This document shows, one piece after another, positions 10,801 through 23,532 of a stretch of DNA of 64,000 bases. Both the position numbers and the translations under genes were made by a program. Origin of the DNA: Klebsormidium nitens (taxonomy: Eukaryota > Plantae > Klebsormidiophyceae); assembly GCA_000708835.1 (NCBI GenBank), contig DF237013.1, positions 67,071-131,070 of the forward strand. Direction: 5' to 3'. Under the pieces are notes generated by a model. That model saw only the letters and a program-made list of their open reading frames with translations. It searched no databases and had not been told where the DNA came from. Numbering within the stretch: the first letter of the stretch is position 1; the number at the start of each line of letters is the position of its first letter.

Positions 10801-13552
10801 GAGTACGTCTGAAACTATTTCAGAGGTCAACTTGAGAACGAGGGCGGACCTTGATATCTTAGGAGCTCAATTACTCCCTGCTCCTACTCTGTAGGTCGCA
10901 CCGAAAGCCGCTACCCCCTCGGCGGCCCCCTACTCCGACCCCCCCGTTTCGGGGCACTTGGATCCAGTGCACATGGACTTGAGCCCGATCGTCAGTTTCC
11001 GGTCTGAGCCTTCCTTCGCGGAACTGGCGGACTTTACGGGGGCGGAAGACACCGCCTTTCACTCCGTGGGGGGGAGCCTTTCCGAGCACACCGGGCCCCC
11101 CCAGATTTCGAGCCCTGTCGCGACCAACCTGACGATGACAGCTGGCGCCGCGCGCCTGACAGCTGGCACCCAGCAGCTGACCGCTGCGGGGGGGTGGGGC
11201 AAGCAAGGGCCGTTCGGGTATGCGAGGCCTCCATCGCCGGACATGTCGACGCTGCTGGAGGAGTTTCTGACGTCAGAGGACAATCCGTTCGGGACACGGG
11301 GCGAGGCGTCCGATGAGCTGGTGGGTTCGGTCGCTCCGGATTTCGGACTTGTGGGCCGAACGCTTTGGAGAAAACAATTCTCTGCTTGGATGTCATGCTA
11401 TTTTCCGTCCTGATGGCAGGCCCGATGGCTGCAAAGGGTAGCTCTTTGATAGATGTTTTGAAACTCCTGTCACTTTATAGCCCACCCCTTCGAAAGCGGC
11501 TCTCTTGATGTTTGCAAGTCCTGTTGATTTTAGGGAGGTACCAAATCAAAGACTATCCGACTAAATAATCCTGCCAGACTTGATGATGAATGAACCCGGG
11601 ATGGCCTAGTTGTTCAGACACTGTTCCGGTCATTTGTGTTCTGTGTTCTGCCTATACATCAGCTGACTAGTATCCGATGCTTATGAGACGCGCGGCTCAA
11701 CCCGCAAGTAGTTCTCGGGTGCAAGTAAGTTTCTCCGCTGCCCATTTTCCCCCACCCTCGTCTCCATTTTGATCTGCATGTGGCGTTTGTTTTGCAGGAC
11801 ACGAACCTGTTTTCATCTGCGATGGCCCCACCCGAAAGCTCTGGCGCGCACAGCAAGGGAACGGTTGTCCAAGATGAGGAGTCGGCGCACGGGGGAACGC
11901 TGTACCAGGATTATCAGCTGATGCTCACTGAACCGACACAGGCAAGCAACAACCTCTAAGCATATGCCCAGACTTTGTTTTCCACTGATGCTTCTGTCTT
12001 TGACCCACACAGGTTCTCTTTCCGGCGCCTTCTTCAGACGCAACTCCAAGTGTTGCCTTCTTTGCTTCCTTCTTTGTTCCAATCTCCTATCGAAGTACTC
12101 GCACTGCTTGTCCGTCATTACCCTGTCCTGCTAGCTGCTGACGTTTCTCTGATTGCCGCCGCACGTACGACTTCGCTGATTTTGACCTGCTTGGAAGCAG
12201 TAAGCAGGAAATTGTAAGCAGTAGGCACTTTATTTTTGAGCTCAGTCTCCGTCCTCCATCGCAGCCAGTCTTGGTTAATAATTTCCGCACTCTCTCTCCG
12301 CAGGGCGGCAGCATGTATACGGACTCGCGCACGGACACGGGCCCCGTCTTCCAGGAGTTCCAGAGCATGCCGTCCAAGCCCATCCAGGTACGCTTGACAC
12401 AACCCTCTTTGACTGTCTCCTCGACTCCCGTCTGCAAATATTAGTGTTAACGTCAGTCGTCAAGTAAGGGGAAGCTCTTTGAAGAGCTGAGGGGGCGTTC
12501 GTTCGCAACCCCTGCCTGACCGCTCATAAGCTGCTCTCTTCCTTCGCGGAAACCAGCATCGAAGCCAAGTGCATCGAAGTTGCTTCAGAAAACGGCAGGC
12601 CGGTTGTTGGGTTCACAGACCGAAACCACTCCGCAGCATGTATTCAGCCGCGACGGCCAAGAAGTGCAGGTTGATTACGTTGGAAGAAACTAGTCGCCTG
12701 TCCATTCGTCGTTGATCTAGTTGCCTTTTGAGTGCTTTCGCCAGTCATACAAGGATATTAAGCTGGTGGAAAGGAGCCGACTCGACGAAGTCCTAACATC
12801 AAGCTCTCCGGTTTTGCAGGGACACGAGTCCTCGCACCAGGGCTCTTTCTACCAGCCTTTCCAGGAGATGCTCCACGCACCGCTGGAGGTACGTCAGCCT
12901 GACGCTTGCAGAAAGTTGACAGTTCGTGCAGCGAACCGTTTATTCCACCTGAGATCCAGCTGCATAATTACGTCTCTCTGGGAGTACTTCTCGAGGGTTT
13001 ATTAAATCCATAGCGTTGCTCGGACATCGAAGAATCTCGATGTGCCCATAGGAAGCTGTTCATTGCATCTGCTTCAGAAAACAATCACGGCAACAGAGAT
13101 TTGTAAGCCGGAGGTTTCCGGAACACGATTGCGTCTCATTGAAAGCCCTTTAAAGCATCTGCTCCAGGAAAAATCTCGGTACTAGAGAGTTGTAAGCCGG
13201 AGGAATCCGGGATTCTTCTTGCAACCATTGAATCGGCCGTTCCTTTGCTTTGCAGGAAAACGTGATGCTGGCCCGTTCAACCCGGCACCCCGCGCTCTCG
13301 CGCGCGCACTCGACGACCAACATGCGCTCCTACAACGAGAGCCAGTTCATGCAACCGGGAATGCACTTTTCGCGCAACAATGTAGTTTTCGCGAGCCCCG
13401 ACGGCCGTAGTAACTGGGTGCGGCAGAGTAACCCGTTTCCGGGGGGTCAGATGCGGCGGGTTGTGACTGACGGAAGGCAGCACGGCGTGAGCTTTGCGTT
13501 CCCCCCCACGCCGAGTACCTCGGGCACTTACGACGGGCCCGGTTTCTTCTGA
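7878..13552 (+). CDS. RWP-RK domain transcription factor (RKD-like; no PB1 or GAF domain seen)
   Basis: Phase-consistent exons: 7878-8687, 9058-9169, 9368-9430, 9824-10021, 10458-10558, 10895-11320, 11798-11941 (GC donor), 12304-12387, 12820-12888, 13256-13552. Exon 4 encodes LTLADLESQFGVIQKQAAKNLNVCATTLKRACRRHGIERWPRQE, an RWP-RK helix-turn-helix signature. The other exons are low-complexity and less certain. Confidence 0.85.
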
Positions 13553-15205
13553 AGCGTTTTCCCCGGAAGAAAGCGTCGGAGCTCAGAGCGGAATCAACGA
13601 TGACACCAGTTGCAGTGGCTCAGCGGCGCGGTGCAGATTTTGTACAGGGAACCTATGGCCGAGGGGCGATATTGGGCTGTCGTATTAGAGTAAGTTTTGC
13701 TTGTACGCATTCCTACGTGTTGGTTGTACGTTAGTGGTTGTACGGTAAGCGTTGGAGAGCCGGACATCTGCCCAATGTATAGGAGGGCCTGATTGTTTCC
13801 GGTTCGTATGTGGCGTGCATTAAGCATCTAATGGACTATGTAGCCAGGGAAAACTCCTTTAGCCGAGGGGACCTGACACAAGCACGCACTGTTTACGGCG
13901 CCCTAGCATCCGCACGAAATGGTGTAATATTACACATGCTCCACTAAGAAAGTCTAGGATTTGTTCTCAAGGGGAACACCTATACGAGCTTGTATGGAAG
14001 GTGCTGAATATTGATATAGACATATACGCCGTTACCAAAGAAGATCGATCCAGAAAGTACGGGACTAGAAGTGCTCTCAATGGGTGTACAGATTTTGAAC
14101 AATCAAACATCGTTTCAGACGAATTGAATGGCCGCCCAGGCCAATCAATTTGGTGGGTGTAAGTTACCATCAAAGTGACGCACTAGCTCAACCAGAACGG
14201 GCCCCGCAATTTTTCAGCGGATGTACGTACGGTCGCATCAACGCTTGCCTCTTGTGATTGCATATATTTCGAAGTCATCATGCTACGGCTGTCACGAATA
14301 CAGAGCTTCTCTTCAGGCCCTCATTTAAATGTGATAAGATCTCGCGTTGAAGGCAGCCTATAATAGATCGAAGGAAAGAAACTTCTTTGCCGATCATGCG
14401 TCCGTGACAGGTGTTTGGAACTGTTTGGGAAATCCATGACAAGAAAGATGTGGCGTAAATGGGCACGGGTTGCAGTGACTGGCTACCGAAAAAATGTTTT
14501 AGTTCCTATACACGTCATATAGCGCTAAGGTTGTATATTCAGAAGTGCTTCGTTGTATGCTGCATGCCGTGGCGGCGGAGTGTTCAGCGTAGCGAGTCTT
14601 ATCAAAATTCGTACAAGCTCTGAGCTATAAAAAAATGGTGCAGATGTACCGTTGATCGATCAGTAAACAGTGGTGATCTTATGTCCGATAAGATCGACTT
14701 ATTAAGATAACAGTGACAACACGTTATTGTCACTCCCGCGCGCTCATTTCGCGGGCCGGAACTCAGATTTGCAAGCACAGCTTCGTCCGGCATGCTCGTG
14801 ACGCGTAGCATAAGTGAAGAACCTGACTGACACGCCCGCTTTGAGTGGCTGCTTTGCTGAGTCATCGACAGATTTCGGATCCTGTCGCATTGAGACTCAG
14901 GTTCATTTGAACCTGCGGCTGAACTCAGCGCGGCAGCTGTCTTCAAATCGACTCTACTCTGAAGCGCCGCTTGCGCCTCGACTAGCATTGGCGCCTCCAA
15001 AGTTCGGCGACGTCCATATAAATAACCAGCTTTTACTGGTAGGCTCTCGTTGAAGATAGCTGGCGGTAGGCGCTCGCGCTAAGGGAAATAGATCTGTAAC
15101 AGGAAACGCCATTCCAAACTCCTGAAGCCTTACTTTGAGGCGCTTCAACGTTTTTGCAGTTCTGAAAATTCTTCTTCAAGGGGTTATTCAAACTCAAAGC
15201 GCGCA

Positions 15206-16095
15206 ATGGGGCTAAGCTTTGAAGATCTGGATGAGGATCTGAGCTGCGTGATCCTCGAGAAGCTGATTGATCCAATCCACTCGGATCAGTCTCCCCGATG
15301 CATCAGGAACTTCGACCCGAAGGGGATGGCGAGCCTGGCCAGCTTTGCTTGTGCATCGCGAAAGTGCGCGCGCCTCGTGAGAGATTGCGCGTGGGAAGCT
15401 GCATGCAGAAAGGTTGCGCCAGAGGTTTGCGCGCTAGTCTCCCCGCCAGGAGCGCGCAGCAATGGCCCCGGAGGCGGCGGCTGGATGGGCTTCGCGAAGC
15501 TTCTGACTTGGTGTCCCGGGCAATACCCTGAAGACGTGGAAGATTGCAGAGCACTGGAGAAGCTGCTTGGGGTGCCGTACTGTCAAGCTGGGCCTGCGGA
15601 ATGCACATATGCGAGACAATCAGTGGGCATATGTCCCCTGAGCAAGCTGGAGTTGAAGTCGTATCCAGCTCCATTTTTGTGGAGCATCCCAGCTGCCGTG
15701 CCTTCTACATGCTCTGTTGCGCCCACGAGTTTGTGCACAGCTTTGGGTTGGTTGGTACTCACAAGGTTGGGAGGCGAGTCTACCGAGGGTTCTTGGGCTC
15801 TGTTGAGGAACTACGGACAGCTGCGTCGGGCATCAATCCTCCGCATTTTACTGAAAGGCTCCGCTTCTGCCCTTTTTGCGCCTCCCAACTGTGGAGAAAC
15901 AAAAGGGGGTGTATCAATGTGGAGACGAAGACCCCTGCTGACTTCAGATTCTGCGAATTCGGCCACGTGATTGGGTTGGTTGAGCGCGTATTGGAGGATC
16001 ATGTGAAGTGGCCGTTCGAAATACTAGAAGCGACGTCTGACGAAAATAGCGACTATAGTTCTGACGATGAGAGTGACGACGCCGGCTTCGAATAA
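15206..16095 (+). pseudogene. EID1-like (EDL) F-box protein split by a frameshift; pseudogene or assembly error
   Basis: ORF 15206 has an F-box-like N-terminus (FEDLDEDLSCVILEKL...LASFACASRK), WEAACRKVAP and GGWMGFAKLLTWCPG. The EDL-type C-terminal motifs (SGH, VYRGFLG, CPFCASQLW, FCEFGHVIG) lie in a different frame (ORF 15544..16095). No credible intron joins the two. Confidence 0.7.
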
Positions 16096-18110
16096 GGTAC
16101 AACCATGGTAACATTGGCGACGTTTAGGATGTGACCAGATTACACACAGGGCCTAGGATAGCGTTGAGGATTGAAAGGTAAGCACAGCAGAGAGGTTGAG
16201 TGTTGCACAGGATCATGCACATGATTATTGGATTCGTTCCGAGGCGTTGGCTCTTTTGTCTGCAGCGCGTAAGATTTACGTGCCAGGTATCATAGTATGG
16301 GTGTCTTGTCCTCTGAAAGGGGACTGTCAGTAGGCATCACCTTGCCATATTATTCATTAACACTTCTCGCTTTGTTCGGAGAATCATGTTTCGGCGTGAT
16401 CGGCAGCCGTTTCTTGAGTCTTTCCTTGGCTCTCCGAAAACCTGGACCACACAATTTAGATCAATCGAAACATGTTTTAATGGGACTTACAGGCCTTTGG
16501 CGACTTGCGCAAGCCGCGTTGTCTCCCTGTGCAAGCAAATATTTCAACTTGACAGAGAATGGTGTTTACAATTAAGAGCAAAGGTACGGTATAGTACTAC
16601 CAGTAGCACGGTCGTAGGATAGCACCCGATAGCATGTTGCAAGCAAGCCGCTCTCTTGTTGCCGCTATGATTCACCGTCACAAGCCCGTAATTCTGGCAA
16701 CCCAACATTCGAGTGATGACTCCACCACCACAAACGTCCTCCTGGCAGTGTTCTGATTGCATCGATTAGCTTGAGTACCATGTAGCCAGGCCAGACACAT
16801 GGCTCGATAGACGTCCCGAGTCCCTTTTCAAACATACTGCATGGCGAAGACTTACATGAAGAAGGAAGTAGAAACAAGAGTCCATCATGGATCCATCATA
16901 CTAATCTACCTTTGACGGTCAAGACATTCAATCTTGTATGCAGCTTCGCAATTTGAATGAAGGACGTACTCAAAAGTGAGATTTGAGTTGGAGCCTTCTC
17001 GCGTGGAGAATGACGATATATTATGTAACTTGAGTGTGAAGGCCAGAAAGACATCATTGCGTATCCAGAGTCTCATTCTTTCATTGATTGTACAAAGCGC
17101 TCACAACGATCATAATCAATCAGATACATGCCTGGCTATCTAATGTCCCCACCCATCAAAATAAATGCACTAGGCTGGTAGCATGATATTGTTCGATCTC
17201 GCAATCGACCGGGCCTACACTCTGATTGCTGACGCGGTGGTATGTTCAATGCTTTCAGAGCCGTAAAATAACAGCACTGTCCAATACGACAGGTTATCGT
17301 CGAACCCGCAGTGATGGCGAACATTCGTGGCTGCCCACTCGATGCAGAATTTAGCGTACATTGTTTTGAAAATGACAAGCTGACTGATCGACAGGTTTTG
17401 AAGTTTGAGCATGAGAAGAAGCTTTCAATCAACAGATTACAGATGACGTGGCGCCTAATGCACAAGCTCAACCCATACGAAGCAGTCAACGCCTGACAAA
17501 CTCAACGTCCAGTTCTTGGTCAAAACGTATCTGCAACTGCTGAGAGCGGCTGACACCCTGCTACCGTTCTGCTCTACTTCACGAAGCAGCAACTTACAAC
17601 GCCGGCACAAAAATGCCACAAAAAGCAAGGGGCACGGAAACGGACGCCCCATCAGATCTACAGTACTCGACATCGACTGATCTCAATACAGATTTGTTTA
17701 AGGAAAGTCATTGCTTGCATCCTACCATCCCAAAATGTAACCATCTCAAGTCGGGGACTCGTGTGGGAGATTCTTCTACAGTCCCGCAACAACAACTTCC
17801 AATGTCAAAGATAGCCAAAACCGTACGGCTACTTTCTAACCAACGGTCGTTTTCTCAAACATAGACTGCGAAACGTGGTTAGCTATATCACACCGGTTTA
17901 ATATTTAGTATTCAACAGTCACACGCTATCAGCCAAAGCTGTAGTCATCTCAGTGGTGGGAACGTCATTCGTAAACCCTTCCAAGAGCTCCTAAACCACA
18001 ACTCCACTGTCAAAAAAAGCTCCAAGACGGCTAGTTACTAAGCAAAAGTCAAACTCTCAACCAAGACTCTAAAATATGGTTAACTCTTATGGTACAGCTC
18101 CACCGCCAGC

Positions 18111-21100
18111 TTACTGGACCAACACCGTGTCCAGTTCGGGGATGCGAACCTTGGGGCCGCACTTCTTCCTGTCTCCCTCACCTAGCGGACAGTTGAAGAA
18201 CGTCTAGCACCAAGAAAATCGGAAGTGAAGTTAGTTAGACGATGTCAGCTGGTTGGTCAATCAGCAGCGGGTGCAGATACACTAGCCGGAGGTCTATGCT
18301 TAGGACTTAAGACTGATGTAAAATGGTCGCACAGGCAGCGGCTTAGCCTTGCTATATCGATTCTCACAGGTCGAAAGACAGCTCCCTTCCCAACGGATCC
18401 TAAAATCCGGAATTCGGTGAGGAATCTGAGTAGCAGCCAAACTTTGAATTGAGTGCCCGGAAATAGACTCGGGTAGTTGTGGATAAGATCAGATAGCCGG
18501 GGAGATAAGTGTCGGTCTTGGTATGTGTCGAGAACGCTGACTCTGCGGGTTTGGACTTGCGAATGTGAGACGACAAATAGGGAAGCGTATAAGAAGACGC
18601 CGAATGCGAGATCTCAGACAAGGGTAGGTGTACATAACGGCTCCGGCTTTTGGATGACCTGGTACGAACCTATAGGGCCTTGGAACGAACCTCGTCAATG
18701 GGTTGTTACACTGCTGAGACATTGGAGATAGCTGCGTAAGGAAACTGGTGTCAAGGACAACGGTACGTACCTTCAAATCATTGTCGAGGCAGAAATGCAC
18801 CTCGTCGAGGAGCTTTCCGTTCTCGGCGCAGGCCAAGTCTGGCGTGGCGCCAGTGAACTTTTCAATGGCGGCGATGATTTTAGCTGGGGAGTACGTCTTT
18901 CTGTTGTCGGCTTTGATGTTTTCATCCGCAAGGATTTTCTGGCAAACGGAAGGGGCGACGGAACATAAGCGAGCGGAAACGGAACCTGAGCAAGCTGACA
19001 AACGCTTTCGCTGCTCAGCTTCGAAGTTTCCGTTTCTTGGGTTTGAATAGTTGGTTTTCTTCTTCTGGTTTGGTTTCTGCTTTACGTTTGTGTTGGCACT
19101 GTGAAAGGTTTTCTCTTGCTTGATGCTGGTCGGCCTCGATATAAGGAAGAGATATTGAACGCTGAAGCGCGGTTCAGTGGGGCCAATAATGAAGAGGAAG
19201 CGGGCAGTGTGCAAGGTCTCTAAAACCGTCTACTGATTGCGATTAATGACAGAACGGAATTGAAACGGGGCACGACAGACTTGTCTCATTACGTACCGGA
19301 TCGCTCAATTATTTTCGGGCTACGCTGCTGCAAGAAAATGGCACCATTCTGCCAAACTGGACGATTTCTCAATCTGAAACTTCTCCGAAGCTTCATTCGT
19401 GCAACGGGACAACGATGGTCTTGAACCGGATTCTCTGCCAACCTGGAAAACTTTCAATCTGAAAACTGCTTCGATCGAACAACCGGACGGAAATAGCGTT
19501 TGTCTGTGGGCAGCTTACGCCGAGGGGGAGCTGTTCATAGAGGTCCAAAACCCGCTCGAAATAGTAGTAAACGAGGACCGACGACTGGTTGCGCAGTGCG
19601 GCGAGCATGCACGTGCCGTGCTTGTCTGAGGGGCACACGGGAAAGGTTCAGCGACCGTAAAGGAATATCGTTTTCGCGTTGAATCGGGTCTCATTCAGCT
19701 GCATTCGGAGACCGGGTTCACACGAACAAGACAACCAAACTCTGCTATGACACGCCCCTTCCTGACTCCAAACCCAACCCACCCGTCCCTTGAATTCACC
19801 ACAGTGTGACGCAACCAAAATCGGCAAGGATCGAACAGAGCTGCGTCGGAGCAGATGACAAACGGGGAGATCGGTTGTGTAGCAAAGTGTTGAACTAGAG
19901 AAGGGAAAGCGACAGAACGAGGGCATCGGAAAAGTGATGAATTGATGGCTTGACAGGATGTAGCGTGACAAAGTGATAATCTGGCATGGCTCATTGCTAA
20001 CTGGAGTCCCTCACCCCACTCGTTGCTGTGGAAAGAGTCGTCGGTGTTTGAGCAGCTCAGCGTGGGCCAGTACTTCCTGAGGTCGGCCTTCAGCGAGGTA
20101 ACCTGCAAGTGAATCGACCAGTTAAGCTTGGATTATTACATTAACAAAGTTTCAATCCCATTAACGCAGGGGGATCCCCTTGCTACACTCCTGCAGCTCA
20201 GAGTGGGCCAAATTTCCTGAGGTCCGACCTCAGCAAGGCGACCTGCACGCAGACGTCGACCAGATATGGACAAGCTTTAGTAGTGACAAGGTTGAATAGC
20301 AGTACCAAAACGGGAATTCAGAACTAAGCAAGACTAGAACCCCTAGATTCAAGACATTCGCCGCACCTTAACCCACTCTCTATACCTCAAAGCAACCCCT
20401 CCATTCTTATTGAGTTCCTAGTTACCATCAGACCTTGTTACCAATTCGCTATTGTTTGACAAGGCTACTTGGAGCCCTCTCCTCTGAAGCAGCTTCTGTC
20501 ACCAAAGGTCTTACAAGAGGGCTGTACCGCAGGCGTGGCTAGAGGTGTACAACAGAAGTTTTTCTTGATTTTACTGGCCATTACTCGGGGCTACAATCCA
20601 AGCTTCATCAGAACCTTACTGGCCAATACAGGGCTTCTTTCCAGGTGGCAGCAAGCTCGCACCACGAGCTCGCCACAAGGTTCTAAGCGGCTCTCTTTCA
20701 AAGCAGCCTCATTATGTACTCCAAATGCTCTCCTTTAGAGCAGCCTCATTGAGTGAAACAAGTACTTGCCAGGACAACTGATAGACTGGCAACAGCGTAA
20801 CCCACAGAAGCTTCTTCTCCTCCAACATTCCCATTGCTTTCTCCATTATGCGACCAGCGAACGTCCAAAGCAAGTTTGAAGTTTGATCCTGAGCTTATGC
20901 AACTCCAGGGGGGCGGAGTACACAGTAAAGCGAGAGGGCAGTCAGCCTCCTCACCGCTTGGGGGGTGTACTTCACGCTCCTGAGGTCGCAGCAGTAGGGG
21001 TAGCAGTTCTGGGACTTCTCAGGCCAGAGACCGTCTGAAGACCAGCAGAAGGCAGCAGAGTCAGACAAGCACGCAAGTGCTCTTCTCCTGAGCTGGGGGT

Positions 21101-22806
21101 GCGCTCTGTTTATTAGGAAAGTGCTCTGTCTCCCCAACCGAATGCTCACATCTGTCTCCAGAGGGAGTGCTCTTGCTCATGAGTGCTCTGTCTCTCAGGG
21201 GGAGTGCTTTGATTGACAACGAGAGCTCTCTTAGGGAAAGTGCTCTGTTATGCCAAGCACGCGTGTTCCAATTGCAGCTGGTGCTGTTCTTTGCACACTG
21301 GGAAGCTCACCCAAGGTTGAGGCTTTCTAACGCAAGATTCGCTTTTCCTGTTCAGAGGCCAGCCTTTTGTAAGGACAAGGGCAGGTTGGGAAGGAAGATG
21401 GATGCAACAAGACTGCACAACAGCGCGGGTGCAAGCAAAAAGGACAATAATGACGCTGAAAGGGAGGCCCACTTACGGATGGTCCAGTCGACGCCATCGG
21501 GGAACCTGCAGGAACATGAGAAGCGCAGTTTAGCGTTGCAAGCAACTTTTCACAAAAAATCTTTTGCATTCTTCCTATTCTAACTCGAACTCTCAACCAG
21601 CTTTGCAAACGTGTCTGACTTGAGTGCTTCAGCTGACTGACAATCAGGCCTCGGAATGGGGTTGAGCAACGATGCTTGCCAGTCTGGGAAACGTAACAAC
21701 ACCAACAAAGACAACAGCTTTGACAATGCAGGTTTCAACAGCGGGCATTGACAATGCGAGGTTCAAGTGACAATGCTCAGGCTCGTAAATTCTGCAGACA
21801 ATCAAAGCAACCCATGTCTCCTATGCAAACAGCCTCAAAAGCTTGGTAGCCGCACCCATAGCTGACTCTGGTACCCTCCCTACTGATTGCTCACGATGCC
21901 ATCAACAGAGTATTTCATCCTAGAAGCAATCTGACGCACAGGCATTCTCACAAATTGAAGGGCAGGAATGCACTGGATAACGGGCTTCCTTTTAAAGCTT
22001 GGGGAACCTGAAAAGTCATTACTAAGCCAGGGACTTCATTGACAGGTGCCTTAACGCGTGATGGAGTCAGAGAGTTTCAGAGGAGCATGCATTTACTAGA
22101 AGATGGCAGAGTCTACAAGTCAGGGGTTTGCACATTCTCAGGCCCCAAAGCAGCAGAGGAGCAGACTCTTGCGAACGCACCTGCCATCACAGCAGCTGTT
22201 GTCTCTCTTGCAAAAGGTTCCTGAATCAGAATTGCAATTTCTGTCCGTATAAATTCGAGCCCAATTCAAACCAGACTAGTCGCTCCAAATATGAACTCTA
22301 TTTTTGAAACCATGAGCTTAGAAAGGTCAGATCACAGTATCAATAGGGAAATGTTAGGCAATAGGATGCTACATCCCGTGCTACAAGAATCGCGTTGCGT
22401 TGATCAAAGCCAGCTCCGGCGTGAACAATTTTCAGCTACCTTTCACTAATCAAAGACAAACTGCGTGCTTCTTCCATATACTACTGGTTTTGCTCAATGC
22501 AAAGAACAATTCAGCTGCAAGACCGTTCCACGTTATCGTTTTTTGCATTCTAGACCAAGAATGGTTTCAAGCTGAAGGTGAACAAGGATTTGTAGAAAAG
22601 TTACCTGGCCACTGGAGCACAAACAGGAAGTACTCGTAAGTCTTGTCCCTTGGCGGATACGGGCAGTCGGTTTGCCCACTCACGACTGCGCTGCACTGCT
22701 TGGTGCATTGGCTGCATTCTGCAGCAAAGGCGCCACCGACAAGCAGGCTGACCGCAGCCAGGATGAGGAGGAGGCTGATGCGGGACGAAGACGAGGGTGC
22801 CGCCAT
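18111..22806 (-). CDS. Secreted ribonuclease T2 family protein
   Basis: Minus-strand exons: 22806-22605, 22220-22181, 21505-21477, 21034-20955, 20102-20015, 19625-19519, 18938-18771, 18203-18111. All are GT-AG and phase-consistent. They encode a signal peptide (MAAPSSSSRISLLLILAAVSLLVGGAFA), FLFVLQWPGTFC, CAS I WTIHGLWP, CAS II NEWDKHGTC, EVHFCLD and a C-terminal CP...KCGPKVRIP. Confidence 0.95.
20191..20242 (-). pseudogene. Decayed duplicate (pseudo-exon) of RNase T2 exon 5
   Basis: The reverse complement reads cag|GTCGCCTTGCTGAGGTCGGACCTCAGGAAATTTGGCCCACTCTGAGCTGC, versus the real exon cag|GTTACCTCGCTGAAGGCCGACCTCAGGAAGTACTGGCCCACGCTGAGCTGC. The copy has a 1-nt deletion and is offset by 140 bp. 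Confidence 0.85.
21075..21250. repeat. Degenerate (g/a)agtgctct(gtctc) motif array in an RNase T2 intron
   Basis: The gtgctct core recurs about 5-6 times at irregular spacing. Confidence 0.5.
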
Positions 22807-23492
22807 TGTGGATGCGCCTTCAAGGTAGAAACTTGGAAGTTTTTGAGCTGGACATTGTTCATTTTCCCGGAAGAAAGTCGGAGACCTTTCCACCACTGTG
22901 GCACAGTGGCAGCAAAATGCTCCTGAACGTCCTCTTCAATCTTCCCACTCTTGCCAAGTGGATCAATTCCGAGATTCTGCCACACGAGCGTCGGCATTGG
23001 CCGGGCACGGATGCCGAGGAATATTCGCAAGCTTCAAGTGTCATTGGCCAATGGTGACTCACCTGACTGGGGCATAATTGAGCTTGGCACTTTCTTTGAG
23101 AATGCGGCAGTTTGCCGTGCCAGCCGGATTTTGGAAATGGACGATCCAGTTCTGGGCTGTGCGCCGTGTCAATCTGACGTTGGCGTCAAGTCTCATTCCC
23201 GATACCTATGTGACAGCGGTCCATTGACACATTGTGGTTGCTTCCATGCATTGACTTTCGACTTGGAAGGTTCGAGCTTTGCGCCCGTACGTTGCCCGTG
23301 CTACTAATTCTACTACAGCAAGTTGTCCTACATATACAAAAAGTTACTGCACACTAAAGTTTTGGCTAATAATTGAAGCCTCGCCTTGTGTCGCGCGAAG
23401 ACGGGTGGCCGTGGCCATTCGAGTCTGCACTGAGCCCGCACTGAGAATCAAGCGCCGCGAGGATTGGACGATTGATCTTGGATAGGCGGCAG

Positions 23493-23532
23493 CTGCAGGG
23501 CTAGCTGGGTGACTGCAGGGCTAGCTGGGTGA
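23493..23532. repeat. Perfect 20-bp tandem duplication
   Basis: ctgcagggctagctgggtga x2, in the intergenic region between RNase T2 and UAH. Confidence 0.9.

Noticed and set aside
11590-11640. tRNA/SINE-like start (ggggatggcctagttg...)
   Set aside because: No B-box or cloverleaf could be built.
12013-12140. Possible extra RWP-RK exon after cacag at 12012
   Set aside because: It runs into a stop without a good donor, and the chain is phase-consistent without it.
14602-15000. 132-aa ORF divergent from the F-box gene
   Set aside because: Non-ATG start, no motif and no clear splice support.
17182-17496. Possible small two-exon gene (MILFDLAIDRAY...HKLNPYEAVNA)
   Set aside because: No recognisable domain and the splice sites are weak; cannot be supported from sequence alone.
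18489-19214. 241-aa minus-strand ORF as a stand-alone gene
   Set aside because: Only 18771-18938 is coding (an RNase T2 exon); the rest is intron.
21035-21060. Apparent DGLWP (catalytic His lost) in RNase T2
   Set aside because: The His codon is split by an intron (C|AC); the spliced product is WTIHGLWP.
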